Source: Halodesulfurarchaeum sp.
Lineage (GTDB): Archaea; Halobacteriota; Halobacteria; Halobacteriales; Halobacteriaceae
Assembly: GCA_042216015.1 (NCBI GenBank)
Contig: JBDGUI010000015.1
Location: forward strand, 1 to 64,000
Direction: 5' to 3'
Length of the DNA: 64,000 bases
Part shown: one piece after another, positions 1-9,348 of the stretch
Layout: each line of letters begins with the position of its first letter
Numbering within the stretch: position 1 is the first letter of the stretch
Made by a program: the position numbers and the translations under genes
The notes under the pieces: generated by a model
Database searches by the model: none
What the model was told of the DNA's origin: nothing
Seen by the model: only the letters and a program-made list of their open reading frames with translations

Positions 1-21
1 GTTCAAATCCCTGACGGAGCA
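1..21 (+). tRNA. 3' end of a tRNA, most likely tRNA-Glu (truncated by window edge)
   Basis: GTTCAAATCCCTGACGGAGCA is a T-loop plus acceptor stem 3' strand, matching the haloarchaeal tRNA-Glu 3' end as I recall it; anticodon lies outside the window. Confidence 0.75.
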
Positions 22-208
22 TGCGAGACAGGAGCGTAACCAGTATCTCGGTTCCGCTAGCGGTGAAACCGCAAGCGTTGTAACGTGATACCGAGAAGAA
101 TTGCTTCCGCAATCAATTGATGGATTACTATCCCGTGGCGGCAACGCATCATTGTTTCGAGTCGGGCGCTCCCGAAGGGTTTTGCCTCTCGGTAAAGTAA
201 CGAACCAT

Positions 209-484
209 ATGGCTCGTGCCGATCCGGGACGGACGAACGATCCTGACCGGGAAATTCGTCTGCTGAAGAACCCGGACGGACAGTGGACGGCTCGAGACCT
301 CCGCGTGGAGGTGACCGCTCAGGGGGAGAGTCGTGAGGAAGCACTCGAAAACCTCGATGCCGTCGTTGCGGCCATCGAAAGCGACGGCGGTGATTCTCCA
401 ACCGACGACGAGATTCGGGACCTAGGAGTCGATCCCGATGCCGCTCGATCTCAAGACGACGAACTCCCCGATATCTTGCAGTAG
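209..484 (+). CDS. hicB: HicB-like antitoxin (short, no obvious DNA-binding domain)
   Basis: WTARDLRVEVTAQGESREEALENL partial RNase H-like motif; ATG at 209; adjacent to hicA. Confidence 0.75.
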   Translation: MARADPGRTNDPDREIRLLKNPDGQWTARDLRVEVTAQGESREEALENLDAVVAAIESDGGDSPTDDEIRDLGVDPDAARSQDDELPDILQ

Positions 485-486
485 GA

Positions 487-744
487 ATGGTCACGAGGGA
501 CTTCTCGGGCGAAGACGTGTACAAGGTACTGGTCAACGTTGGTGGTTTTCGGCACGTCAGCACTACAGGGGATCATTTGATTCTGCGATGGAATCCCCCG
601 GAAAGTCACGAGAATACCGAGGCCCGCGTGGTGACCGTTCCAGCACATGACTCGATCAGTATCGGAACACTTCACGACATCGCCGACGATGTTGGGGCGG
701 CAAATTTCGAGGCGTTCTGCGAATGGATCGACGAACACCGGTAA
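487..744 (+). CDS. hicA: HicA family toxin (mRNA interferase)
   Basis: SGEDVYKVL..GF..TTGDH..VTVPAH..I.IGTL..I dsRBD-like HicA pattern. Confidence 0.85.
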   Translation: MVTRDFSGEDVYKVLVNVGGFRHVSTTGDHLILRWNPPESHENTEARVVTVPAHDSISIGTLHDIADDVGAANFEAFCEWIDEHR

Positions 745-1241
745 CAGATCCATTAAGGTTCATTTCTGACGGATGAGACCACTACTCCGATCGATTGATT
801 TGGCTACTACTGCGGAACCGTCAAACTGAAGCGGCCCACTACGTTCGGCATACGGCTACTATCACAGACTGCACGAGAGTGATCCAGCCAGATCACCTGG
901 TTAACGTCGATCAAAACGTGAGTTGATCGGTTTGCCCGTAAAATCCGTGCTCCATTCCCGACGAGCATGCGAGACGCTCGCGGTTTGAGCGTCTCGGGAA
1001 TAGCGAACGGGGAGCGAAGCGACCCGTGAGCAGGCGAGGACCGAACGAAGGGAGCCTCGATCTATGCGAGCGGTGGAACCGCGAGCATGCAACGAGGGGC
1101 AGCGTTTTGCGACGAACGGCACAAGACACGTGCTCGGCCTCGCTCGATATTACGAGCGATGGAAAGGAGCAACGCCAATAGGGGATTGATTCACGCAACC
1201 AATCAGGCGAACAATTCGGTCGACTCGCTCCGGGGACCGGA

Positions 1242-3677
1242 TCACTGGCGGCGGCTTTTGAACCAGCGGGTCACCCGAGAGGTGATGCCGAGATCACGTT
1301 TCGCCATGATCACGGTGCTCTTTGCCCGTCGTCCGACCTCTTCGGGGATGGCGCCGAACACGACCTGCTGGAGCAGTCCCTCCCGAGAGGCCCCGAGAAC
1401 GGTGAGATCGTGGTTCGCCGATTCCTCGACGATGGTGTCAGCGATGTCCTGACCGTCGACGATATCGGACACGGTCTGAACCCCCTCCAATTCGGCAACC
1501 GTCGAATCGAGGATCGAGTCTGCTCGGTCATCGCTATCGGATTCCTCCGAACGGACGTAGATCACTTCGACAGTGGCGTCATTTCGCCTGGCAACGGCAC
1601 GGACAATCTCCGTCGCGAATTGCGCGTGAGGACCGCCGGCAGTCGGCAGGAGGATCGATTCAACGGTCCTCTTGGTGTACTCCCCACCGACGCGCTCGAC
1701 CAGTACGTCACAGCGGGACTTGGTCACCACCTCGTCGACGTTACTTCCAAGGACGAAATCACGACGACGGGGGGTACTCCGCCAGCCCATCAGCACGAGG
1801 TCGATGTCGTCCTGTTCGACCGTGTTCAGAATTGCCTTGGACACGTCGTGACCGATGCGGATTTTGCCACTCACCGGTACGTCAGGGCTCTCTTCGTCCG
1901 CAAATTCGATCGCTCGGTCGATGACTGCACGTTCATCCTCGACGAACTGACGCCCTTCCGAAAGCGGCGTCTGCTGTGGAACTGTGACGACGCTGACCAC
2001 TTCAATCTCGGCGTCCCGCTCTTCGGCGAGATCGAGTGCCGTGCGCATCAATTGCTCGACGGTCGCCGGATTCGCCACCGGGACGAGAATGCGTTGCTCT
2101 CGTTCTCGCCGCTCTTCGGCGGGTGCTTTCTCCGTCGTGACAGTCGGTGTTTCCTCCTCCATCTTTTCTTCCTCCTTTCGCTCGGAGTATCCGTAGTAGA
2201 GCATGAGTCCAAGCCCCATCCAGATGGCCGTCGTCACGAGGGCGATGAACCCGTGGGAGTTCGGACCGAGCCCTATTTTCAGGCCCAGCGCAGAGAGAAG
2301 AAACGGCGTCAACATGAACTGGAGCACGATCCCGATGAGCGGGGGCCAAGGCATATACGGAACCTCATACGTGCGTGGCAGATCTGGATGGGTCTTGCGC
2401 ATCTTGATGACGGTCCAGTTGACCTGCACGAACAGGAGAATGAACATGATGTCCGCCGACGCCGCGACGGCCTCGATCGGAAGGACGACCGCCATCACCG
2501 CGATCAGTATCGCAGAGAGGAAGATCGCCCAGTGGGGAGTTCGCTTCTCCGGGTGGACCTTGCTGAAAAACCCGGGAAGCGCTCGATCCCGGCCCATTGC
2601 GAACGAGACGCGAGAGGAGGAATAGACCGTCGCATTCAGCGCACTCATCGTCGCCGTCAGGCCGGCGACGAGGAGCAGCGGGACGCCGTACGGGACGAAT
2701 TGACCGGCCGCCTCGATGATTCCAAGTTCGCCCAGATTGCCGAGCAGTTTCCACGTGGGAGCCCCGGCTGGAACGCCTGCCTGTGTCGCCAGTTCGGGAA
2801 CGGTCTCAATTCCACCGATCGAAGCGAACGCCACGAGTACGTAAATCGGGACGACGATGATAAGCGAGTAGAAGACGGCCTTCGGAATGTTTCTCCCCGG
2901 GTTGACGACCTCTTCGCCGGACTGCACGATGATCTCGTAGCCCTCGAAGGCGATGTAGGTGAAGCCCATCGCACCGATGATCCCGATGATACCGTTGGGG
3001 GCAAACTGGGGACTATTGAGGAATTTGGCGGGCCAATTCGGCGTGTGAATCGTCGCCAGGATGCCGAACGCGACGAACACCCCGAGAATGGCAACCTTGA
3101 TCATCGTCACGATCACCCCTGCCTTGCCGGTCTCCTCCGCTCCACGATAATTGATATACGCAAACAGTGAGACCATGAGGACCGCCAATATTTTATCGAG
3201 GAATTCACGACCGATGATCCCAAAGAGGTGAAATCCCTCGGACAGAACCCCACCGTAGACCAGAAATTCGGTGAGGAATACCCCAAAGGTGACCGCGTAA
3301 AGCGAACAGGCCACCGCGTGTGCGAACCAGGACATCCATCCCGCATAGAAGCCATTCGGATCGACGAGTGCCTCCTTCACCCAGAGATAGCCCCCACCTG
3401 CCTCGGGAAACGCCGCCCCGAGTTCTGCATAGGAGATCGCCGTGAAAATCGCAACGAATCCGTTGAGAGCGAACGCGAGAATCAACGCAGGCCCGGCGAG
3501 TCCCGCAGCAAAGCCCGTCAGCGCGAAGACCCCGGCCCCGATCATTGCCCCGACGCCAATGAACGTGATGTCGAAAAGGCTCATGTCCCGCGAGAGTTCC
3601 GTCTCGACCTCGCCGGACCCCTCAGTGTCCTCCCTCTTCGTCTCTTGGGTCACACGATCCGGAGACTCATCATCCAT
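1242..3677 (-). CDS. APC-family amino acid permease with C-terminal universal stress (Usp) domains
   Basis: GVGAMIGAGVF, YAELGAAFPEAGGGY motifs and many TM segments; two Usp-like domains (ILVPVANP; ILLPTAGGPHA); start set at MDDES. Confidence 0.9.
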   Translation of the reverse strand: MDDESPDRVTQETKREDTEGSGEVETELSRDMSLFDITFIGVGAMIGAGVFALTGFAAGLAGPALILAFALNGFVAIFTAISYAELGAAFPEAGGGYLWVKEALVDPNGFYAGWMSWFAHAVACSLYAVTFGVFLTEFLVYGGVLSEGFHLFGIIGREFLDKILAVLMVSLFAYINYRGAEETGKAGVIVTMIKVAILGVFVAFGILATIHTPNWPAKFLNSPQFAPNGIIGIIGAMGFTYIAFEGYEIIVQSGEEVVNPGRNIPKAVFYSLIIVVPIYVLVAFASIGGIETVPELATQAGVPAGAPTWKLLGNLGELGIIEAAGQFVPYGVPLLLVAGLTATMSALNATVYSSSRVSFAMGRDRALPGFFSKVHPEKRTPHWAIFLSAILIAVMAVVLPIEAVAASADIMFILLFVQVNWTVIKMRKTHPDLPRTYEVPYMPWPPLIGIVLQFMLTPFLLSALGLKIGLGPNSHGFIALVTTAIWMGLGLMLYYGYSERKEEEKMEEETPTVTTEKAPAEERREREQRILVPVANPATVEQLMRTALDLAEERDAEIEVVSVVTVPQQTPLSEGRQFVEDERAVIDRAIEFADEESPDVPVSGKIRIGHDVSKAILNTVEQDDIDLVLMGWRSTPRRRDFVLGSNVDEVVTKSRCDVLVERVGGEYTKRTVESILLPTAGGPHAQFATEIVRAVARRNDATVEVIYVRSEESDSDDRADSILDSTVAELEGVQTVSDIVDGQDIADTIVEESANHDLTVLGASREGLLQQVVFGAIPEEVGRRAKSTVIMAKRDLGITSRVTRWFKSRRQ

Positions 3678-3919
3678 ATCGAACACAGACAGTCGCGATG
3701 GGAAAAAATCGGCCGGTTTGACGGTGTGGTACGCCAATCCTCGTTCAGGACTGCCTCGGTATGTCATCCGAGCCAAATTCCCGAGAACGTCGGTGGTTCA
3801 CCTCTCCCCAAACGATGAGTATTTTCCGGTGAACCACTGTCACCTGTTCGAGGACGGTCGTTTCGGGTGAAACTAGCACTCTCGACGGGTTTTACTGGCA
3901 CCGTGACCGTACTGCTCGT

Positions 3920-4327
3920 ATGCCCGTCGAAACCGACGACGAAATCCGCGAAATCCTCGACCTCGAAACCGTCGCCGTGGTCGGTTGCTCCACGAGCCCC
4001 GGAAAAGATGCCCACGAGGTCCCGGCGTACCTGCTCGATCAGGGATACGAGGTGATTCCGGTCAACCCGTTTGCTGAGGAGATTTTCGGTCGAAAGGCCT
4101 TCGACTCGCTGTCGGCCGTCCCGACCGGAGTGGACATCGTCGACGTATTTCGTCCCAGTGAGGAGGTAACGGGCATCGTCGAGGAGGCGATCGACCGCGA
4201 GGACGTGGATGTCGTCTGGACCCAGCTCGGGATTCGCGACGACGAGGCCGCCAGGCGCGCCGAACGGGCGGGCAAGCAGGTGGTTCAGGACAGGTGCCTG
4301 AAGATCGAACACGAACGACTCGGGTAG
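3920..4327 (+). CDS. CoA-binding protein (YccU-like)
   Basis: VAVVGCS..PGKDAH.VP.YL, VDVFRPS, WTQLGI, VQDRCLKIEH. Confidence 0.9.
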   Translation: MPVETDDEIREILDLETVAVVGCSTSPGKDAHEVPAYLLDQGYEVIPVNPFAEEIFGRKAFDSLSAVPTGVDIVDVFRPSEEVTGIVEEAIDREDVDVVWTQLGIRDDEAARRAERAGKQVVQDRCLKIEHERLG

Positions 4328-4465
4328 AACGTTCCCCTTGCACTCGAGGACCGTCGTCGATTTTTACGCGTGGGGATGATACGATATCCCCGAGCCCGTA
4401 TTTTGACCGTCAGACCAATTTTGATGGATTTCGCCGTCAAAAACGAAGAGAAAACGGTCTTTCCT

Positions 4466-5200
4466 TCACCGTCGTCGGGCGAATATCCACGCGCCGAGCA
4501 GCCCACATCCACCCACCACCAGCCCCATACCCGGAGTCGACGTGGCGGTGGTTCCAGTGATGGGCCCACCTGACTCGCTCGCGACGAGTTCGAAGCCAGC
4601 GAGTGATCGATCGGGGGCAAAAATCAGCGTATCATCGCTTCGCTCGTCGGGCTGGGGTGTCACCGAGACCACCTCGTAGCCGTCTGGAACGGTGATTCGG
4701 AGGGTTCGGTCGGTCTCGAAGCCGCTCGCGAACGGCTCGGTGAGAGTGATCGTTCCCTCCTCGATCGCCGCCAGGTCGGTGAAGGTGACACCGAGTTCGA
4801 CGATCCCGGTCGAATCAGTCTTTTGCATGGAGACGTCCACCGAATTGACCTCGATCGACCGTCCCGTCGCGTCGGCGCTCGCGTTCGCGACCCGCTTCAT
4901 TCGGGCGGCGAAGCGCGACTCCATCTCCGCGAGCAGGGTCTCGTCGGTCTGCAATCCCTCGAAGGCCTCCCGCTCTGCAGCTTCCGAGAGGTTATAGGTC
5001 ATCACGACAGAGAGGTCGACGGTCCCCGTTTCGTGAATCGCGACGTCGATGGTGGGCTCAGTCGGCGCCGCCTGTGCACGTGCTGGACCGACGCCGATCC
5101 CCAGCGTGGAGAGGGTCACGACCAGCACCAAAGCGATGGGCATCGACCGGTGCACCACCCCTCCGTATCGGTGCAGCATCCCACCGTATCGGTTATGCAT
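4466..5200 (-). CDS. Exported cell-surface protein with PGF-CTERM-like C-terminal anchor
   Basis: Signal peptide (..PARAQA); C-terminal TPGMG + hydrophobic helix + RRR; true start may be 5143. Confidence 0.7.
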   Translation of the reverse strand: MHNRYGGMLHRYGGVVHRSMPIALVLVVTLSTLGIGVGPARAQAAPTEPTIDVAIHETGTVDLSVVMTYNLSEAAEREAFEGLQTDETLLAEMESRFAARMKRVANASADATGRSIEVNSVDVSMQKTDSTGIVELGVTFTDLAAIEEGTITLTEPFASGFETDRTLRITVPDGYEVVSVTPQPDERSDDTLIFAPDRSLAGFELVASESGGPITGTTATSTPGMGLVVGGCGLLGAWIFARRR

Positions 5201-5203
5201 GCG

Positions 5204-6232
5204 TTAGGGCCCCTTGTTGGCCATTTCCGAGTTGCCGGGCATTTCCCCGCCGTTTGGTGCCGATTCGGTCGATCCGGCAGTTCCGTCCGTGGCCCGGTTC
5301 TCAGTGGTGCCAGCTGTCGTCTTCCCGCTCATTCCCGCCCCAGGCCGTTCGTCGTTGCCGTTTCCCGGCCCCATTCGCGTGTCGTTGTCAGCATCGCCAC
5401 CGGGGCCACCTGGGGTCCCGTTCGCGGGCCCCATCCGCGTGCCGTCATCGTCTGGAGGGCCAGCGGGGACACCCTCGGGAGGACCGCCAGGAACGCCCTT
5501 CGGCGGTCCCATCGGCCTCCCGACACTCCTGCCCGCGATTTGCCTGGCAATCGCGGCGACCTCCGGGCCAGTCATGTTCTGGGCGTGCATGCGCAGCTGA
5601 TTGAGCGCCGTCACGTTCACGCCATTGGCCTGAAGCGTCTGGCGGGGAAGCATGGCGGCAGTCCGGCTCGTGCTATTGATCATCCGCTCGAGATTCTCGA
5701 CCCGCGTCACGAGGGCGCTCAGGCGAACCTGGTATTGGCCCTGCGAAATCGATCCATTGGCACGGGACTGATTCAATCGCTCCATCTGGGTTTCGAGTTC
5801 GCTCAAGCGCTCCTGGAGGTGCTCCTGGGTGCGATTGAGTACCTGTGCCTTCGACCGGTTCGTGGCCGCGGCTGCGATCTGGAGGCCGAAAGCGCGGTGT
5901 TCGATCGCCCCTCGGACCTTCGCCTGTTGCACCGCGATGGAGCCGGCGAACAGCACACCCGGCGGCGTTTCGTTCAGGGCCGAGTCGTTCGACCCGTTCA
6001 CCGGGGTGGGAGTCGTCGTATTCTCCATCGTGTCATTCGTTTCATTCACGACGGAGTCGTTCGTCCCGTTCACGGTCGTGGTGTTCGTTGCATCCACGCC
6101 GGTGTCGTTCGTTGGAGTCGGGGAGGTCTGTTCGAGCGTGGTCGAATGGGCTGCCGGTGCGAGCGCCATTGCCGGTCCACTCACGGACACGATCACGGCG
6201 ATCGCCACCAGCACGGCCAGGAGTCGATTCAT
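5204..6232 (-). CDS. Secreted, probably N-glycosylated haloarchaeal protein with coiled-coil and Gly/Pro-rich tail
   Basis: Sec signal peptide; many N-x-T/S sequons; low-complexity GP-rich C-terminus. Confidence 0.7.
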   Translation of the reverse strand: MNRLLAVLVAIAVIVSVSGPAMALAPAAHSTTLEQTSPTPTNDTGVDATNTTTVNGTNDSVVNETNDTMENTTTPTPVNGSNDSALNETPPGVLFAGSIAVQQAKVRGAIEHRAFGLQIAAAATNRSKAQVLNRTQEHLQERLSELETQMERLNQSRANGSISQGQYQVRLSALVTRVENLERMINSTSRTAAMLPRQTLQANGVNVTALNQLRMHAQNMTGPEVAAIARQIAGRSVGRPMGPPKGVPGGPPEGVPAGPPDDDGTRMGPANGTPGGPGGDADNDTRMGPGNGNDERPGAGMSGKTTAGTTENRATDGTAGSTESAPNGGEMPGNSEMANKGP

Positions 6233-6332
6233 GACAGTCGGTCGTTTGGCTGTGGGGGGTAAAGGTGGTGCAGATCGTCGGGGCGAATTTCGTCCAATTT
6301 ATCCGGTTTGTGCCCGGTTTTTGCCGGATTTT

Positions 6333-6728
6333 TCAGAAACAGTAGACGAACGGGTAGAGCAGTCCGATTCGATCACCGTCCTCCAACCCAGTGCGAAACC
6401 CATCGAGGTGCTCGTTGAACCGGCCGTTGACGGTCACGCGGGCGTACCGGCGAACCCGCTCGCCCTCGGGGTTTCGATTCCACGTCCCGGGCAACTCCTC
6501 GGGTGGGTCAGCCCAGCCACGCGTGACCTCCTCGCTCTCCTCGCCTGCGAGGACGAGGTCCTCCACGTCGTATTCCTCGAAGAACGCCGAGCAAAAATCG
6601 GCGAGCGTCTCGCCGTCGAAGGTGTATTCGAAACGCGACTCGCCGACGGCCTCGTAGATGTGGCCCGTGCAACGCACGGTGACCGTCGTCGTGGTCCCAT
6701 CCGTGCTTTCCACGTTGGCAGTTTGCAT
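6333..6728 (-). CDS. MoaD/ThiS (beta-grasp, SAMP-like) protein lacking C-terminal Gly-Gly
   Basis: VTVRCTG..T L..; VTVNGR....LDG..T.LEDGDRIGLLYP beta-grasp pattern; ends FVYCF. Confidence 0.75.
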   Translation of the reverse strand: MQTANVESTDGTTTTVTVRCTGHIYEAVGESRFEYTFDGETLADFCSAFFEEYDVEDLVLAGEESEEVTRGWADPPEELPGTWNRNPEGERVRRYARVTVNGRFNEHLDGFRTGLEDGDRIGLLYPFVYCF

Positions 6729-6766
6729 GTTCGTGTGGAGGGGCTCACCGAATAAATGCAGGGAGC

Positions 6767-6778
6767 CGCACATGTTCG
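6767..6778. promoter_or_regulatory. CGAA-N4-TTCG-like palindrome (CGCACATGTTCG)
   Basis: 38 nt upstream of ATG 6728. Confidence 0.65.
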
Positions 6779-6832
6779 TCAAATTGGGGAGCAGGGAGAA
6801 GGGAGCGGGCGCTCACCAACCCCATCGAGAAC

Positions 6833-7954
6833 TCACCGACTGCCGTCCTCGATCGGTGCATATTCCAGTTCCCGGGTTGGCAATGGCCCGTCGTACTCGG
6901 CCGGTTCGTACGGACAGAGTGGATCGCTCTCGAACGGATCGCCCGTGTACGCGTAGGCTCTGGACCGGCTCCCACCACAGACGTTCCGATACTCACAGGC
7001 CCCACACTTCCCCCGGAACCGATCCTCGTCGCGGAGGGCGGAGAAGAGTTGGCTCTCCCGATAGATCTCGACCAGCGAGGATTCTCGCACGGACCCCGAC
7101 GAAAGCGGCAGGAATCCCGAGGGAAAGACCGATCCCGTGTGACTGACGAAGGCGAACCCATCGCCCGCGCGAACCCCTCCTCGACGACCGATCGCGTCCC
7201 GTTTCGCCGGCGATTCCTGGGCGGACTGCCCCCGTTCGATCGCGACCCGGCGGTAGTGTGGGGCCTCCGTGGTTTTCACGCCGAAGGACCGTTCGGCCGA
7301 CTGCTCGAGAAGCCAGGACATCACCGACTCGGCCCGCTCGGGACTGATGGGATCGAGAATTCGTCCCCGACCGATCGGCACGAGAAAGAAGACCGACCAG
7401 AGCACGGCCCCGAGGTCTTCGACGAGATCGGCGATCTCGGGGAGTTCCTCGACGGTCCCCGCCGTGACCGTCGTGTTCACCTGGAGCGGAATTCCCTGGC
7501 TCCGGGCATATTCGGCGGCCTCGACCGTCTGTTCGAAGGTGCCCGGTTCACCCCGAAACGTGTCGTGACTGTTCGCCGTTGCGCCGTCGATACTCACCGC
7601 GAGCCGCTTCAGCCCCGCCCGGGCCAGATCGTCGATGACGGCCGATGTGAGGGAATTCGTTCCGCTGGGGGTGAGTGTCATCCGAAGCCCCAGATCGGTT
7701 CCGTAGTCGATCAACTCCGGGAGGTCCTCCCGAGCGAGCGGGTCCCCGCCGGAGAGGACGACCAGCTGGTGCTCGTCGAACCGGGCAGCCTCATCGAGGA
7801 GTGCCTTCCCCTCCTCGGTATCCAGTTCGAGCGGATGTCGGTCGGGCTGTGCGTCCGCCCGGCAGTGTTCGCATTCGAGATCACACGCCTGTGTCACCTC
7901 CCAGATGAGAACGAAGGGGCGTTCGTCCGTGTCGACGTCACTCGGCGGGCCCAT
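6833..7954 (-). CDS. Radical SAM/SPASM protein, AhbD/NirJ-like (heme biosynthesis-related)
   Basis: CDLECEHC cluster motif, LSGGDPL, SPASM CGACEYRNVCGGSRSRAYA..DPLC; start MGPP. Confidence 0.85.
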   Translation of the reverse strand: MGPPSDVDTDERPFVLIWEVTQACDLECEHCRADAQPDRHPLELDTEEGKALLDEAARFDEHQLVVLSGGDPLAREDLPELIDYGTDLGLRMTLTPSGTNSLTSAVIDDLARAGLKRLAVSIDGATANSHDTFRGEPGTFEQTVEAAEYARSQGIPLQVNTTVTAGTVEELPEIADLVEDLGAVLWSVFFLVPIGRGRILDPISPERAESVMSWLLEQSAERSFGVKTTEAPHYRRVAIERGQSAQESPAKRDAIGRRGGVRAGDGFAFVSHTGSVFPSGFLPLSSGSVRESSLVEIYRESQLFSALRDEDRFRGKCGACEYRNVCGGSRSRAYAYTGDPFESDPLCPYEPAEYDGPLPTRELEYAPIEDGSR

Positions 7955-7994
7955 TGGTTCGTCCGTAGGACGGCCCGTACCAAGGGCACATGGC

Positions 7995-8006
7995 CGAACA
8001 TATTCG
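7995..8006. promoter_or_regulatory. Palindrome CGAACATATTCG
   Basis: 40 nt upstream of radical SAM ATG. Confidence 0.75.
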
Positions 8007-8087
8007 TCGAACGGGCCTCGATTCGATCTCTCGGTCGGCGATGAGATTCGCAAACGAACTGCACGGACTCTCCTCAGAACTCCCGAT

Positions 8088-8513
8088 TCACGCCGGTTTC
8101 GCCTCCTGAAGCGCCGATTCGACGTGATCGAACTGCAATTCGAACTCCCGCTTTCGCTGTGATTTGATCATCGTGCCATCGAGCACCGGGGCGAGCACGC
8201 CACCGAGGGTGAACTCGGTCGTGGCGATGGCCTCACATCCCTGCTCGGTCCGTTCGAGGCGGTACTCCGTCCACATGCGGTCGAAGATGCCCTCGGTCTG
8301 TTCGAACGCCAAAAGCGACTCGCTCTCGACTCGATCCAGCGTGAGTTCGAAGGTCGCAAATCCGATATCCCGCGAGACCGAGTAGGAGCCCCCCTCGACG
8401 TGGACCCTGTCGAAGCCGGACGCACGGACGAACGCCGAAATGTCACCCAGAATGACCTCCCTGACGGCCGATTTCGGGGCTGTGAACGGGCGTTTCACCG
8501 TGACGGATTCCAT
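8088..8513 (-). CDS. SRPBCC/START-fold (polyketide cyclase-like) protein
   Basis: 141 aa; LAFEQTEGIFDRM.T.Y.L, C-terminal helix typical of the helix-grip fold. Confidence 0.7.
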   Translation of the reverse strand: MESVTVKRPFTAPKSAVREVILGDISAFVRASGFDRVHVEGGSYSVSRDIGFATFELTLDRVESESLLAFEQTEGIFDRMWTEYRLERTEQGCEAIATTEFTLGGVLAPVLDGTMIKSQRKREFELQFDHVESALQEAKPA

Positions 8514-8550
8514 GGAAGTCCTACTCGCTCCTGGCCCCCATAGGTTCCGG

Positions 8551-8562
8551 CGAACCAGTTCG
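8551..8562. promoter_or_regulatory. Palindrome CGAACCAGTTCG
   Basis: 37 nt upstream of ATG 8513 (minus strand). Confidence 0.65.
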
Positions 8563-8601
8563 GTTGGACCGATACGGATTTATCCTCGAAACGACACCCT
8601 C

Positions 8602-8613
8602 CGAACATATTCG
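8602..8613. promoter_or_regulatory. Palindrome CGAACATATTCG
   Basis: 30 nt upstream of ATG 8644. Confidence 0.75.
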
Positions 8614-8643
8614 GCGGGCGCTCGGACCCACTCCACACCATCC

Positions 8644-9291
8644 ATGCCCCAAGCGACACTGAGGATAACGATCCCCGAAACGCTCTGGATCGGATCGATG
8701 ACCCGCGAGTATCCAAGCGCCGACTTCAGGGTTCTCTCGGCTGTCTCCGGGGATGAGACGGGAGTCGGCCTCGTGGAGATAACTGCCTCCGACCTTGACG
8801 CGGTGGTTTCGGCGTTCGAATCGGTCCAGGAGACCCGTGAGTTGAACGTGCTCGGCCGGGAGGGGGACACCGGACTGGTGCAATTCGAAACCACGGAGCC
8901 GACGCTCCTCTTCCCGATCGTCGGGTCCGGCATTCCCCTGGAGATGCCCTTCGAGATGCGAAACGGGGAGGCGATCTGGGAGATCACGACCTCACAGGAG
9001 CGCCTCTCGCAGTTGGGCGAGGAACTCGAGGCCTTCCAGATACAGTACACCGTCAAAGAGATCAGATATCACCTCGAGACCGAGACGCTGCTGACCGACC
9101 GGCAGTTGGCCATGATCGAAACCGCCCACGAGGCCGGCTATTATGACACCCCTCGAACCGCGACGTTGACCGAGGTCGCAGCGGCAGCCGGTATCGCCAA
9201 ATCGACCTGTAGTGAGACCCTCCAGCGAGCCGAGGGAAAGATCGTCGACGAGTTCCTCGCAGAGGAGGATTCGGTGGGCGAATTCCAGTGA
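8644..9291 (+). CDS. HTH-10 (Bat-like) transcriptional regulator
   Basis: C-terminal LTDRQ..AHEAGYYDTPR..TL.EVA...GIAKSTCSE.L.RAE. Confidence 0.9.
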   Translation: MPQATLRITIPETLWIGSMTREYPSADFRVLSAVSGDETGVGLVEITASDLDAVVSAFESVQETRELNVLGREGDTGLVQFETTEPTLLFPIVGSGIPLEMPFEMRNGEAIWEITTSQERLSQLGEELEAFQIQYTVKEIRYHLETETLLTDRQLAMIETAHEAGYYDTPRTATLTEVAAAAGIAKSTCSETLQRAEGKIVDEFLAEEDSVGEFQ

Positions 9292-9299
9292 CAGAGAAA

Positions 9300-9311
9300 G
9301 GAACATGTTCG
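9300..9311. promoter_or_regulatory. Palindrome-like GGAACATGTTCG
   Basis: 37 nt upstream of ATG 9349. Confidence 0.65.
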
Positions 9312-9348
9312 GCGTTCAGCCCACCTGTACGCCCTCCATTTGTTCCCC

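Noticed and set aside
779..861. CCACTAC..GGCTACTA pattern occurring twice downstream of hicA
   Set aside because: Short, unevenly spaced, and no function can be supported
1410..3170. Long alternative-frame and antisense ORFs (e.g. 1410..3170+, 28005..29513-, 36722..38452-, 49657..51336+)
   Set aside because: Shadow ORFs of GC-rich genes: Arg/Pro/Ser-rich, no motifs, and they overlap well-supported CDSs
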